DNA from: Phallusia mammillata
Taxonomy: Eukaryota
Assembly: GCA_965637545.1 (NCBI GenBank)
Contig: OZ281497.1
Location: forward strand, 7,068,001 to 7,132,000
DNA: 64,000 bases
Direction of reading: 5' to 3'
Notes under the pieces: generated by a model
What the model was told of the DNA's origin: nothing
The model's database searches: none
Seen by the model: only the letters and a program-made list of their open reading frames with translations
Shown here: piece after piece, positions 1 to 12,777 of the stretch
Numbering within the stretch: the stretch's first letter is position 1
How the letters are laid out: each line of letters starts with the position of its first letter
Translations under genes and position numbers: made by a program

Positions 1-76
1 ACATGGTTAAAATTCTTGACAACCTAGCATGGCACCAACATAGATATGTTCCTTTGAAAATACTTTTATATTGTAG

Positions 77-3000
77 GCAAGGCGATCACTAGATGTCCAA
101 TCCCTACTTTGATACTGAATGGTGTTGTTTCGACTAATGGTGTGAATCCGGGCAGTGCTCAATACAGCTGCAACCCAGGGTACGAGCTTTACGGCAATAG
201 GCTAAGAGAGTGCCTTACTGACGGTACTTGGTCAGGGGAGAAACCCACGTGTGTTCAAAACGTCGGTAAGTGAGGTTTTACCCGTTAACAAAATTGGACG
301 AAAATCAGTTGTAATTAGTGACCTAAAGTTCTCAGGGCTTAGGAACACAACTGCAACTAAGTTGGTATTATTCGTTGTGTATAGCATAAACCAAATGATA
401 TTATTATTTGACGTGATCGCTGGTCTGCATGAACGCTCTATGGTAAACCCGGGTATGAGTTTACGTGTTTGACACAAGTACAATTTTTGTAAGGTTTCTG
501 CAACAACCCACCATCTATACTGAACGGCTGGTACAAACTCGTGTATAAAGACACCAGTGATCAATCCAATGCTAAACCGGACACGAGTGATGTCGATTTA
601 ACTCGCTACGGAGTAGGTCAGATGGTGGAGTACGGGTGTAGATCCGGTTTCCAACTGAACTCCGCGGAAACAAAGAAAACTTGTTTGCGAGATGGAAGTT
701 GGTCCGGGAGCGCACTTGAATGCACATGTGAGATTTGATTTAAAGGTTTAAAAAAACAAAATCGTTTGGAAAACCTGTAAAACGATTTATCATTTTTTGT
801 CGATCACGATTACACTCTCAATTCCCTATTTCAAGCTTCGAAACTTGCATCAAAAATTGTAATCTTGAGCCTGTCCCCCAACATACGTATTAAGTTACAT
901 AAATTATCTTCAAAACAATGTCAATCTATTTTTTTACATCATAAAAGCCAAATATTAATTAAATTGTTTATCCCCCAAACAAAGTGTGGTAAAATGGAAC
1001 GTATGTAAACTTTGAACAAGCCAGGGCATTTTGGTGTATTTGAATGCAGTAGTTTTCACTTACAAGTTGATAAAACCCGAATTGGATTTACAGTGAGAAT
1101 AAGGATCCAATGTCCGTTTCCGAGACCGTTGCAGAACGGTGATGTAGAGGCGACTGGTGTCCACCCGGGTGCTACTATTCAGTACAGCTGCAATTCAGGT
1201 TATGAAATTTCGGGCGATTCGAGAAGACGGTGCCTTGATGACGGTACCTGGTCCGGACAAGCACCCACGTGTGTTCAAAATGTCGGTAAGTCTTATTACC
1301 AGTGAAGATAAGTTTGTTTTGCTTGTGAACAAATTATGTTTTTCATGACTAATGTGTTTTCTTTTGGATGCTTTTAATTTTCTATCCCTAATTTCCAAGA
1401 TTGTATTCATGTACTAAACATATCCTATATCTTATTTGATTCAAAGTTATATGGTATTTCTAATTTTGTATTGGATGGAGAATACATCAAGTAGTAAAAA
1501 CGAGAAAATTTTTCACCTTATCTTTTGTTTACTTTTCTGCAGGTTTTTGCAACAATCCACCATCCATACTTAACGGCTGGTTCAAGATTATTTATGACTC
1601 CCCCGACGAGTCCAACACAAACTCCGAAACGAGTAACGTGGATTTAACTCGCTATGGAGTAGGTGCGGTGGTCGAATACGGATGCAGATCGACTTATCAG
1701 CTTAATTCTGCTGATAAGAGAAAAACGTGTTTGAGAGATGGCAACTGGTCTGGAAGTAACCTGGAATGCATATGTAAGCTAAGACTTTACCATAACTTTG
1801 AATTATGACTATAGGGTGTTAAGCTTTATACATACACAAGCTCAATTGCATCGCTAATTTGATTTCATTTAGTTTGTTGTGGAAAAGAAATAATGCCATA
1901 AAAAAGTGTCAGGTTGTAAATGATTTACAACAGAAAATGCTCTATGATTAAATCCATCAAACTATGTTAGGCTTTTCAAATTCAACTTTGAACATTATTG
2001 TAGTTGTACTTAGGGAGCGGCACAAAGACCTAAAGCCGTTTGAAAGTGATAAATCATAGTCATCAAAAAATTTGGTGAAAACTTAGTAAAGGCTCCGTAG
2101 GTAAATTAAGGTTAAATTCGCTGCACCTACACATACCTTTGAATTAAATAAAATATTTGTTAACAGTGAAGAAAGTGGCACAATGTCCTCTCCCTCCTCC
2201 CATACAGAACGGAGTTTTGGAGGCGACTGGTGTTTACCCAGGAAATGCTGCTCATTACAGTTGCTATTCAGGTTATGAGCTTTCAGGCGATAGTAGAAGG
2301 CAGTGCCTTGGTGATGGTACTTGGTCAGGGGAAACACCCACGTGTGTTCAAAATGTCGGTAAGTAAAGCAATCCTAAAATGATGTGCTCACAAATAATTC
2401 GCGAAGGCCTTTAATATTACTTTCCCTCTTCAGTGACCTTCTAACCACATTTTAACTTGTTTTAAGGTTTCTGCAACAATCCACCATCTATACTAAACGG
2501 CTGGTACAAACTCGTGTATAAAGACACGGATCAATCCAATGCTAAACCGGACACGAGTGATGCTGATTTAACTCGCTACGGAGTAGGTCAAATGGTGGAA
2601 TACGGATGTAGGTCCGGTTTCCAATTGAATTTCGCGGAAACAAAGAAAACTTGTTTGCGAGATGGAAGTTGGTCCGGGAGCTCTTTACAATGCGTACCAG
2701 GTAAAACTTCTGATTGTCTTTTTTTGTTTTTGTTCGCTTTTGCTAACGATTATAGTTGAAGGCACAACTGTGGCAACCTATGTACATTAGAAAACACTAT
2801 TTTTTTTTACTGAAACCAATTTTCAACAACTCTAATACCCAAAAATGTAAAATGTTTCTTTACACATAATTTGTGTTTTCTGCTCTTTTATGTTATACAA
2901 CTTTTAAAATTACATTGGGATAAGCAATCTTTTTTGCTTACGAAAACGCGTCGGTCGAAACAAACATTTTTCAATTTATCTTTTTTTGCAACAAATTTAT

Positions 3001-3919
3001 TGAAAGACTACACGAAATTAATCCATACGACACATTTTGTGCGGTTAGTTGTATCAACTCCTGCTGTTTGTCCAATGCCACGTCCACCCCGGAACGGTTA
3101 CATAGCCTTGTGCAAGTCATGCCCGGTCACCAACTTTCCTGGTATTACCGTTGGAGACGTGTTGACTTACGAATGCGCGATCGGTTATACTCTGGTTGGA
3201 AGGAGAACCCGGGTTTGCGTAACTCGTACAAGACGTTGGAGTTATCTCGACCCCTTGTGCCAGTTCGGTAAGTTGTCTTAATTCTGAAACTAGTACCATT
3301 GGTCACATTTGTACAGCTCTACTGACAATTGTGTTTTTGTACCAACGTTTCGACGTAAAAATGGTAAAAATACAATTGCCAGAAGAGCTCTATAAAGTTC
3401 ATATTGTGCCTGGCAGCAGCAGCATCTTATATATCGTACTGTTGGTGTAATTTCTTTAGCACGCATCTGAAGAAAAGTAGTTTGGGTGTGAGAGCAACAA
3501 AACGATTGCAAAACAAAACATATTTCATCGATTATAAAGTCCAACACATTAACGCCTACAACAGTCACAGTAACAATATGTACCTTTATCTATGAGTCAA
3601 ACAGATAAAGCCATAGCCACTACCCTCTAAGACATTAGTTCAACATATATGTAACATACCTGTTTAATGCTGTTGATTTTTCCACGTACTTCACTAATTG
3701 TTTAACAAACATTGTAATTTAATAATTGTATTTTATTAGCTGGATGCACCATCAACTTCCAAATATCAAACGGTTTCGTATCAAAGACCCGGTGGTTGCC
3801 CGGCAGCAAACTCAATATACATTGTTCGGAGGGATATAGACTCAGTTCATCACAACAAGTGAATTGTGTTGGAGACGGACAGTGGAGTGCTAGTATACCT
3901 TCCTGTGTTCCATTTGATG
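77..3919 (+). CDS. Eight single-exon Sushi/CCP domains, all phase 1-1
   Basis: Each exon has the C-P..NG..Y.C..GY/F.L..C...G.W....C pattern, e.g. CPFPRPLQNGDVEATGVHPGATIQYSCNSGYEISGDSRRRCLDDGTWSGQAPTC; all eight exon lengths are multiples of 3. Confidence 0.92.
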
Positions 3920-6900
3920 GTTAGTGAAGTAGACGTTTTAGTTTGGCTTGTTTAATAATTTATCCTCATATTGAACAAGCGATAGTTCGCGATGTAACGA
4001 TAAACGACATTGTTACACTTGACGACCCAATTTTCACGCTTTCAGAGAAAGTACAATGTCTAAGTGTTAATTTAAAGTTTTGATTAATCTTCTGAAATAG
4101 AAGCAGCATACGGCTGGATAAGTTGAAAACAAAACTGTATGCTATTTCCTGCAAACCTTGACTGATTGATATGTTCAGATACAACAACTAAGTACGAATG
4201 GTTGACCATCCAATCTCTGTCATATATGTTTGTTAATGATTTGACCTCCTGGTATGAAAGTATGAAGTTTTGTTCGTACGTTGGTGGATGGCTGGCGACA
4301 TCTGGTGTCCGAGACTTCCAAACCTACCAGTAAGTACAAATCTACCACCAGCGCATGCAAAACTAACTGTATTTTACTTTTGAAGGTTGAGGAATGAAAT
4401 ACAGCCTTGCGTCACTATGATTCAAATACTTACCCACATTTGTAACATTTTTTTAAACTACATTTGCATGACTTTATGGACTGATCATTTTTAAAGTGAA
4501 CTTATGCGAGCACCAAGAATCACCAAATAAAATCAATTATAATTCAATATTTGCGCTGACTCTTTCAACGAGTACCTTTAATACTTAGTTGTTCGTTCCA
4601 GAATCTTGAAATCTCATATGTTACCTGGAAAAACCTACTGGTTCGGATTGACCGACAAAACAAGAGAATCTTACTGGATGTGGGAAAAGGGCGAACTTTT
4701 GAGACCTGAAATGTATCTTCCAGCATTATTAGAAGCTCTGGGAAGGTTGGGCTTTTACTTTCAAATCCACATTATTTGGCTTGATATTTAGAATTTGTTT
4801 TCAAACGACTTGTAAAACACTTTCTGCAAAACGTTTAGTTGAACTGTAACAAACTCATAAAACTATGGGGATTCTATTGGATGTAAACTTTGGTTAGGAC
4901 GAAAGTCCGATTGTGTTTTACATATCAATGAAAATTGAAAATAAATACAACCGATTGTCAACACAATCTGTTGTTTCTTTAAAAGCTGGGTTTATCAGAA
5001 TTATTTTTACTTTCAGTATAAAGACGAACGCGCCCGATGACGATTCTGATTGCGCTTACATTGCCAACGATGTGATGAGGTCATGGAACGACGACCATTG
5101 CAGAAATGGGCGCCACTATTTCATCTGCGAGAAAAGTAATCTCTTAAAACTTCCGTAGCAAAGGTGTTCTTCATTAATGACGGCTACTATCAACCTCATT
5201 GTATACAATTGTCATGCAAATCCTGCTTTTATTCTTCAATATTCGCAATCAATATGACCGCGTAGTTCATAAGGTTGTGGGCTCTAATCGTGTCTGACCG
5301 CTTGAGTTTCTGTGAGCAAGAAATTTAAGAGACCAACTCACAAAATGTAAGGGGCTGAATTTTCACCAACGGCATTAAATTAAAAAATAAACAAAATGAT
5401 TTAACAGCCTTGCAAACATATTGGGGCGTTGTCTGCCCACCAAAACCAACAAAACTTCGATACATTTGGGAGGCCAACATATTGGAGAAGTTCACATTGA
5501 TAAAAGATTTTTTAATTAATTCTTTGTCATTTTGTACAGACAAAGTTGACACTTGGGTTCCGGCCGGACCAGGATTCGAACAGCTGACCATTAGTGGCGA
5601 GATAAGGTGGTTGGAAGCATTGGCAAGATGTCGCAGTCTCGGTGGGTGGCTGATTACATCAGAACAAGAAAAAATACTAGCTGGGTAGGATTTAAGTTTG
5701 ATTGTTTCATCTTTAAGCAAACCAAATGTTACTTTGATCTGATGCTCTCATGAATTAATAACCCGTTGATCTTCATAGTTTTGCTAATAAGCCTCAAATC
5801 TCACATATAACGTTAATGTTTTTCTTGAAACCTTTTTTGGCATCCTATATTGCTTGTGTTTTATTGTTATTTGGTGTTTAAATTCCAAGGCAGCGTTTTT
5901 CCAGTTAAAATGTTTAAACGTATTTAAACTTAACCCTAACAGAATGACTAATGAGATCGAAGTTGAAAACCAAAACGAGAAACCAAGCAAAGATCTATCG
6001 TCAGGACAAGTTACTCTCGTCGACCCAGTATGCGAGAGAGGTTAGAACGCTATTCGTACATTAATTATATTTGTGCCAATATATTTACATTAGCTAAAGT
6101 AAATGTAAAAAAATAATATTTGCCTTGGGCCTACTTTAGGCTTGTTACCATGTTTCTGAGACAGGTTTCGGGCTGCGGACCCAATTTCAGGCCAACAATC
6201 AATTTTCTTGAAGTAGGCATTCACCACTTATCTTTACATATCAGAGACCACTCTTACCAGATATGTAAAGTGATTTGTAAACAGAGAATTAGATTTTACA
6301 AGCATTTAGCATAGCATAACGTATTAATTTGTAAACTTGTGTGTTTTAGTGACATTTCCACAGAAGTATCGCCTAGTTGAAATATAATAGACACACATGC
6401 CCAACCAATGACGCTTTGCGCTTCTGTACAATATGTATAACTTTGCGTCAAGTATTAGTTTTGATTGTTAACGTCTCCAGAAACCAAACACTCAGGCGTT
6501 GGCATGTCTGACGACGTCATCAATGACGACGACAGCAGCGAAGCGACATCGTGTGGCGACATGTGCGAAACAAACAAAAATTGTTCTCAAAGTCAAAGGT
6601 GCTCATGTGACGATCAATGTGGGTTTGTTTGCAAATCATTCGAAGAGGCTGAAAAATGTAAGTTTGTTTTTTCTATGAGAAGCAAGTTTACATGGAAACC
6701 ACAACACTCTTTCCATTACCCCGTTTTTTACCTATTTTAATTTTCCAAATAATCAGTTTTTTATGCATATACACCACGTGTTGCTAAATGTTCCCCTGTG
6801 ATATACAATTTTACGTTACTACTAAAGAGATTTCGAATTGTGCTGCAATGTATTTTAGGGAATAATGACAAAATACGGGTATGATATAATATCTTAGATC

Positions 6901-9900
6901 AAAAACAATCTCGCACATAAAGTTGCAATTTAATATGTTTTGAAACTAGCATGAATTTACCTTTTGGAAACCATGGTGCAGAAATAAAAACAGTAAAAAC
7001 TAGAAACCATTTTTCAATATCACTCTACATGTCAAAAACTTTCGCATAGAAGTGCAACCTAGGTTTCAAAATCTTTTCCAGCCTGTTGTCTAAGAAGATG
7101 GACCCGTAAACAATGCGGTGGACCCAGGACATGCACCGGCGATTCTGACTGCAGCCGTCGCCATATGTGTATCTGTAACGGCAAGTGCGGACCGACATGT
7201 ACTCTCCGACGAGTAGAAGGAAAAATGAGTTTGGTGTCAAGTGAAACATCTGAGGAAATCGCTAACACCACGACCTCCTCTGCCATCGAAACCTCTTCGC
7301 TGCCCGGGGGCACTTGGAGAGTGAATTTTTACAGTCTTTATGAAAGGACAGACGGGAATTCACCAGCCCAGACCACTGTTGCTGGTAAGGTTACCTTTCG
7401 AAATGCTTTAAAAGCAAGTGTATAATGTTTGTGTTAGTTTTGCTTGTCTGTGCAAAGTATTTAAAATAATTCACCCAAGACCGATGTATGTACTATACGA
7501 GCAGCACGATATGGTACGTGTTGGTATCAAAATTCAAAATTATCACACGCAAATTCTCTATATTCCTCTGTTGCAGACTTTAAGCAGTAAATAAGGCTGA
7601 AGTTTCTTATGGTGATTACGATTTTCGAACAGTTTTGTTGATTTAGGTTTAGGGTGTACAGCAGGTGCCAGATTTTTGAATAAGAGATTTAAAATATCAA
7701 AAAAGTAACGTGCTTCCGGTTAAGATGCTGCCCCAGTCCCAAACACAGCTGCTGTCATGAAAAGAGTATCAAACCAAACTGACGTTGCAGCTGATGGACG
7801 ACAATTCAACATGCTTCCAACTTCCAATGAAGACTTAATGGCTTTTACGGAAATGAATGAAGTGGAGGCTATGGTCACTATTGAAAGTGGTGCGTATTTT
7901 TACCCTTGTGTCATAGCAAAGGCTGGATTTGAGTAAAAACATCAAAAGTAGTATGTATAAACTTCATAAACGCAATTTTGCGAAAGAAAGTGGGTGTATA
8001 GGTTTTGTTTCTATTGCGTCTCAATTGCTTTAAAGATGCTGCCCAAGCGCCAACCACAGCTGTCATGGAAACTATTGGAAATCAGACGGAAGTGCCAGCG
8101 GTTAACCGTCAGTTAAATTTGCTTCAGACTTCCACTGAAAATTTGATAAAGGTTTCTACTGAATTGGGTGTGGGGGAATTGGTTGCCCCTGGAAATGGTG
8201 CGTATTTTTTACCTATTCTTATAATAAACATACAACATTAATACCAAATCTAAAGTACTCACCAAATATAGAAAAAAATATAGAAAAAAACACAGCATTT
8301 TGTTACACAAAAAGTAGCATGAAACACACAACCACTTCTCAACGCTTTAGCGTAAAAAATATGAACTCCGTTTTTCATGGATTACTTCAGGTTGCAATCC
8401 ATCACCTTGTGAAAACAACTGCGAGTGCGTTCAATCATGCAAACATACAAACGGTTACTTTTGCAAACCAAGCGGAGATGAGGCATTCCTTGGCAGAAAT
8501 TGTTCCCATCGTAAGTGCCCATAATATTTGAAGTACTATACCAAAGACTTAAATGTATCGTGTAAGAATAAAAAAAGCATTATGGGCAAACAGGTTTCTA
8601 ATGGAAAGAAATGGTTCTAAAAAACAGTAACTGTTGTTGTTGTGTAAGTATGGAAGTAGCCTACAAATAATTGGATAGTTTGCAAACTAAGCATAACTCA
8701 CCAATGTTTACACAAAAGTGCATTTTGTTTGCAGCGCCACCTTACGTTGAATGTAGAAACGACTCTGTGATGGTTTTGAAAGTAAGCAAATCACTCATGC
8801 GTGAATACGACATGGAAATCTCGAATGGGGTTTTCTACGTCGATTCTTCAGGTCCCGCAAACAATCCCTTGCCTGTTTCGAAGGTCAACGGAAGGTAAAA
8901 CTAAATTTGTGTTTGTTATATTTCGAACACAACATGCGATTGGTACAAAATACCGTTTAAAAAAGACCTAACGTTTGAGCTCTCTTAACCAACGTTGTCA
9001 AATTTAAAAACCAAACGTACATGTTGCATAAGAAGACAAACACACATGAGTTTAATCTATGTGGTTGTATGCAACCACTTATATTACCACACTGTACCAA
9101 TGTGCCCAAAACTTTGTTCATCGGATCTTGGTATTTATTATGTTAACAGTTACTAACCGTAAACATTTTGTCCGGTCAAATGCATTTTTGCCCATTGAAA
9201 GATAACAAAAAGTGAATATATTCACTAACCTTAATGTTTACAAACCTTAATACAATAGTTGTCAGCTGTTGGAAGCAGAAACGCAAGATAGCTTCACGAT
9301 CCTGTTGAATCTACAATCGTGCGGCACAGAGCAACTTTATACCGGACCGACGATCATTTACATGAACAGAGTAAGTGAAATCTTATTTTTGTTCTACTTC
9401 AATATAATCCATTCTATAAGCTAACATCAATTTTGTGTGAGAACGTTGCCTTGATTTGTGAAGTGGTGAAAGTGATTCTTTTGACCAGAAAGCTTTTTTT
9501 TTATCAATAGATTTGGTGGGATCGTTTGACTGAGAACGGACGATTAAGTTTTACAAAACCTGTGGCAGAAGTATCCTGCACCTATCCTACAGTGTACCAC
9601 GTACAGTCAGCAATCAAGCCATTGTAAGTCAATAGGTTATATCCTTTGTCTTTAACAGCAACAACGTTTTGTTACTTTTGGCCACTCGCTGGGATCACAG
9701 CGAGTTAGACAGGTCCACTACCTTTTGCTTTTGGACAGAAATAATTTGACCTTTAAATGTGAAAAAACTCATCCCATTTCTTTTTGAAAACACGACATAA
9801 ATGTGCATTGTATCAAAATTTCTCAAAATTGTCAAGGTATCTACAAAATGTAACTGCATCTAAAGCACATTTTATTAAATGGTACAAACCTTAAGACTCT

Positions 9901-11518
9901 GCCTTTCGATGCTTTACAGTTGCTGTGATCCAGTGCCGCGCAAAACGGACTTTGGAACCTTTCTCTTGCGATCTGCTCTTCACAAAAATCCACCTGGAAG
10001 TGGAAAAAAGAGAATACCTGTTAATCCGGATCAGCGTGGTATTGCAACGTACACAGTAGGAGAGATGATTTACCTGACTGTTACTCTTGATCTCGGACCA
10101 AGGATGGCGGTTTATTCGGACGATGAAACACGAATTTTGTTTCCAAGATTCACTATGTGTTGGTTATCGCCAGGATTAGATGAAGGACAGCCCGATGATA
10201 GTCTTATCATTTATCCCAAGTATGTAGAGTTTCATTACAAGTTTCCCGCAGGTTGATGTTAAATATATCTTTATTTTGTGAGGCTTTTATTTGCCCTTTG
10301 TTATGTAGGCTTTAATAAACCAAAGTAAAAACAAGTCATTCCGCCGACCCAATCAATTTCTAGCTTTGACATAGCCTATGTCCAAAAAGTTACATGGTAA
10401 AGCGTTTTAGAAGCATACAAATTACAATTCGCAACTAATATTCTTGACTCGCAAACTGATCACAAACGTGGTATATTATCGACTAAGATAATTCCATAAC
10501 ATGAATAAACCAAGACTCATCTGGTTCAGGACACATTTCGATTCGGTCCTAGATTTAAAACTGAATCTTGTACATTGATCGAGAAGCATTGCTCCGACCT
10601 TTACATGAACAGTATTTTTCAAGTGTGACGTAAATTGAGTTTTTCTTGTGTGGCAGCGACAAGCCAGCGTTCGACGTTTGGGGTCCAGATAACAATTTAA
10701 ACGTGGCTGATATTGGCTTCGAAGTAATTCGGTGGACGAATCCTGATCTGAAGTTCGTGTACATTCACTGCATGTTGCAAGTTTACACGGTAAATTTGAA
10801 GCTATTGAACCCCTTGAAACCGCTTATCGGCACTCTGTTCTGCCTGTTATATTCCTGTTCTTTTAACCACTATCAGTGGTTTGATTCCGGATGCAGAAAT
10901 AAAGTTTCGACTATTTATCACCTTTTGCATGACGTCATCACTTACGTCATTATGTGATGTGTCTCGCCTCTATGGCTGTCCAAAATTAAGATGTGATTAT
11001 TATCTATCAAACAAGCAATGTATTTTCCCGCTTTTAGATGGATCGAGCAAAGCGATCTACTGACGACAATGTCGAATACAGCGAAATTGTAGTGAAAGGT
11101 CCATTTCGAATTGTGACCCCTTACGGGGATATGGCGCCACCAAGTGCGGACAACGAAAGTGCGAAAAGTTTGTGGGACACATTAACTTATGTTGTTGGAT
11201 CTATAAAAAATAGTTTTTGTGGACTTCTTGGTTGTGGTGAAACAATTCGTGGAAATTAAAACTTGAAATGTAAAATCGTTTGCAAAAAAGGTCAATAGCG
11301 TACGAAGAAATGTTAGTTTAGGAAAAAAACAATAGTATATTTAAGTTTTGTTTTTCACAGAGGCAAGCACCGGTTCCCTTTTCACGCCTCTTCTGATTGC
11401 GTTCGTAATTTTGTTTCTTGCATTTGTGGTTGCTATGGTGGTCATTGCAAGATTGGAACTTTGCACATGCCACAGAGATCCGCAGGATGGCAGCAGCGGG
11501 ACTTTGGATTTCAACTAG
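77..11518 (+). CDS. Multi-exon gene (5' end outside the window) for a type I membrane ZP-domain protein: 8x Sushi/CCP, C-type lectin, partial C-type lectin, 2x WAP-like, linker, EGF, ZP, furin site, TM; about 1,450 aa within the window
   Basis: 26 GT-AG exons that join in phase with no stop: 77-265, 494-727, 1094-1285, 1543-1773, 2167-2358, 2467-2700, 3049-3267, 3740-3919, 4179-4329, 4602-4712, 5017-5135, 5540-5684, 5943-6040, 6481-6657, 7082-7384, 7725-7889, 8036-8197, 8391-8510, 8735-8894, 9259-9370, 9511-9623, 9920-10219, 10657-10789, 10877-10903, 11038-11158, 11361-11518 (TAG). Some boundaries have alternatives (e.g. donor 4712 vs 4745). Confidence 0.85.
4179..5135 (+). CDS. C-type lectin domain (3 exons)
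   Basis: SWYESMKFCSYVGGWLAT ... TYWFGLTDKTRESYWMWEKG ... DCAYIANDVMRSWNDDHCRNGRHYFICEK: WFGL core, WND motif and terminal FICE. Confidence 0.88.
6481..7384 (+). CDS. Two WAP/four-disulfide-core-like Cys-rich modules
   Basis: CGDMCETNKNCSQSQRCSCDDQCGFVC and CGGPRTCTGDSDCSRRHMCICNGKCGPTC. Spacing resembles the WAP C-x5-C-x5-C-x-C-x3-C-x3-C tail, with CxC in place of the usual CC. Confidence 0.55.
8391..11518 (+). CDS. EGF + ZP module + consensus furin site + transmembrane segment
   Basis: EGF CNPSPCENNCECVQSCKHTNGYFC...GRNC; ZP-N cysteines in VECRND, SCQLL, QSCGT, VSCTYP; ZP-C MCWLSP and VYIHCMLQV; RAKR furin site followed by EIVVKGPFRIV (external hydrophobic patch-like); TM PLLIAFVILFLAFVVAMVVIA. 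Confidence 0.85.
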
Positions 11519-11694
11519 GACGGATTTTTTTGTTTTCTTTTTTGCTTTGACTTATTTTCGTACAGTTTCATATGTTTTCATTTATGCTATGTGATTAAGA
11601 AACAATACAAATTCTATTTTGCAAAAGGACTTGTTTCGTTTTAAAATGGAAAAACGTCCAAATAGTATTCTGTAGGCGAAGTCTATGTAAAGGG

Positions 11695-11700
11695 AATAAA
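11695..11700 (+). terminator. Putative poly(A) signal of the ZP gene
   Basis: AATAAA about 180 nt after the stop codon. Confidence 0.5.
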
Positions 11701-12353
11701 GAATCTTATTCATGTGTAGCACTTAGTTAAAATATATAAATGTGTTGTTTTCAACCGAAGTTTTAACTTCCCATTTTGGCCGCCTTCATACGGGTAATAA
11801 CACTCCAGTCGTGCAGAAATGAACAAAACGCAAAGTCGGGGAAAATGCATACCCTATATCGACACTAAACACAAAGCTAAAGACTTTTAATCCATGGTAT
11901 TCAAGGAACCACCGTCAACGCTGCGTCAATATATATTTTGTGTCTGTGTGGTGTTGCATGAGTAGCAAGTGCAAGACTTTTGTGCATCGCTGTTGGTAAC
12001 ATCCTGTTCGTGTTTCTTTCGAGCTATAAGTGACCTTTCAGTTTATCTGAAGTAGCCTATACTAGTGTATCCGCTTGGAACGTCCGTAAAAACAAGTCCT
12101 TTTCTAGAAGAGCGCCATTTAGTTTAAATATTATACTTGACAGTGATTGTTTATGTAAGTTATAGTTTAATTTATCTTTTTCATCTGTTTTAATGTTTAA
12201 ATGTTGTAGGCTTGGCGAGGTCGTTACCGAATCTAAATTAAACGATGTTAAGTTAAATATCGATTTATTTATTTGTGGTTTCGGGAAGTTCGATTCCATA
12301 TCACTTTTCTTTCATACAGCCTTAACTATAATATTGCTCATATTGCTCTATAC

Positions 12354-12777
12354 CAGCGGTTCCCAAACTGGGGTCCGCGGTCCTTCAGGGGTCCGTGAGG
12401 CAATTTTGGGGGGGACCGCGAAGCGGGTAAAGTAATTCTATAATCTTATTAGGCGTCAGTTTGTGCCACTGAATAAGTTTAAATCAAGAGAATTGAGAAA
12501 TCGACTGTCTCCATTAAACAATAGCCTTTATTGAATGACAACTATCAAAAATGCAATTGTTCGCGCACAATCGTACTGCATTGTGTCTTGTCTGTAATGT
12601 CACAAGCTGTATTTAGAGTTTAGATCATTATTATGCGCAATTTTGCATAACTAGCGAAAATCCTGCAATCAACTTTCGTTTTTCTGAAATACACATTCCA
12701 GCATAAGGACCGCGAGCCCTCGAAATAATGGCAAGGGACCGTTTTGACAAAATAATGAAAAAGTTTGTGAACCACTG
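12354..12777. mobile_element. hAT-type MITE, 424 bp
   Basis: TIRs CAGCGGTTCCCAAACT / AGTTTGTGAACCACTG; perfect 8-bp TSD CTCTATAC at 12346-12353 and 12778-12785. Confidence 0.88.
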
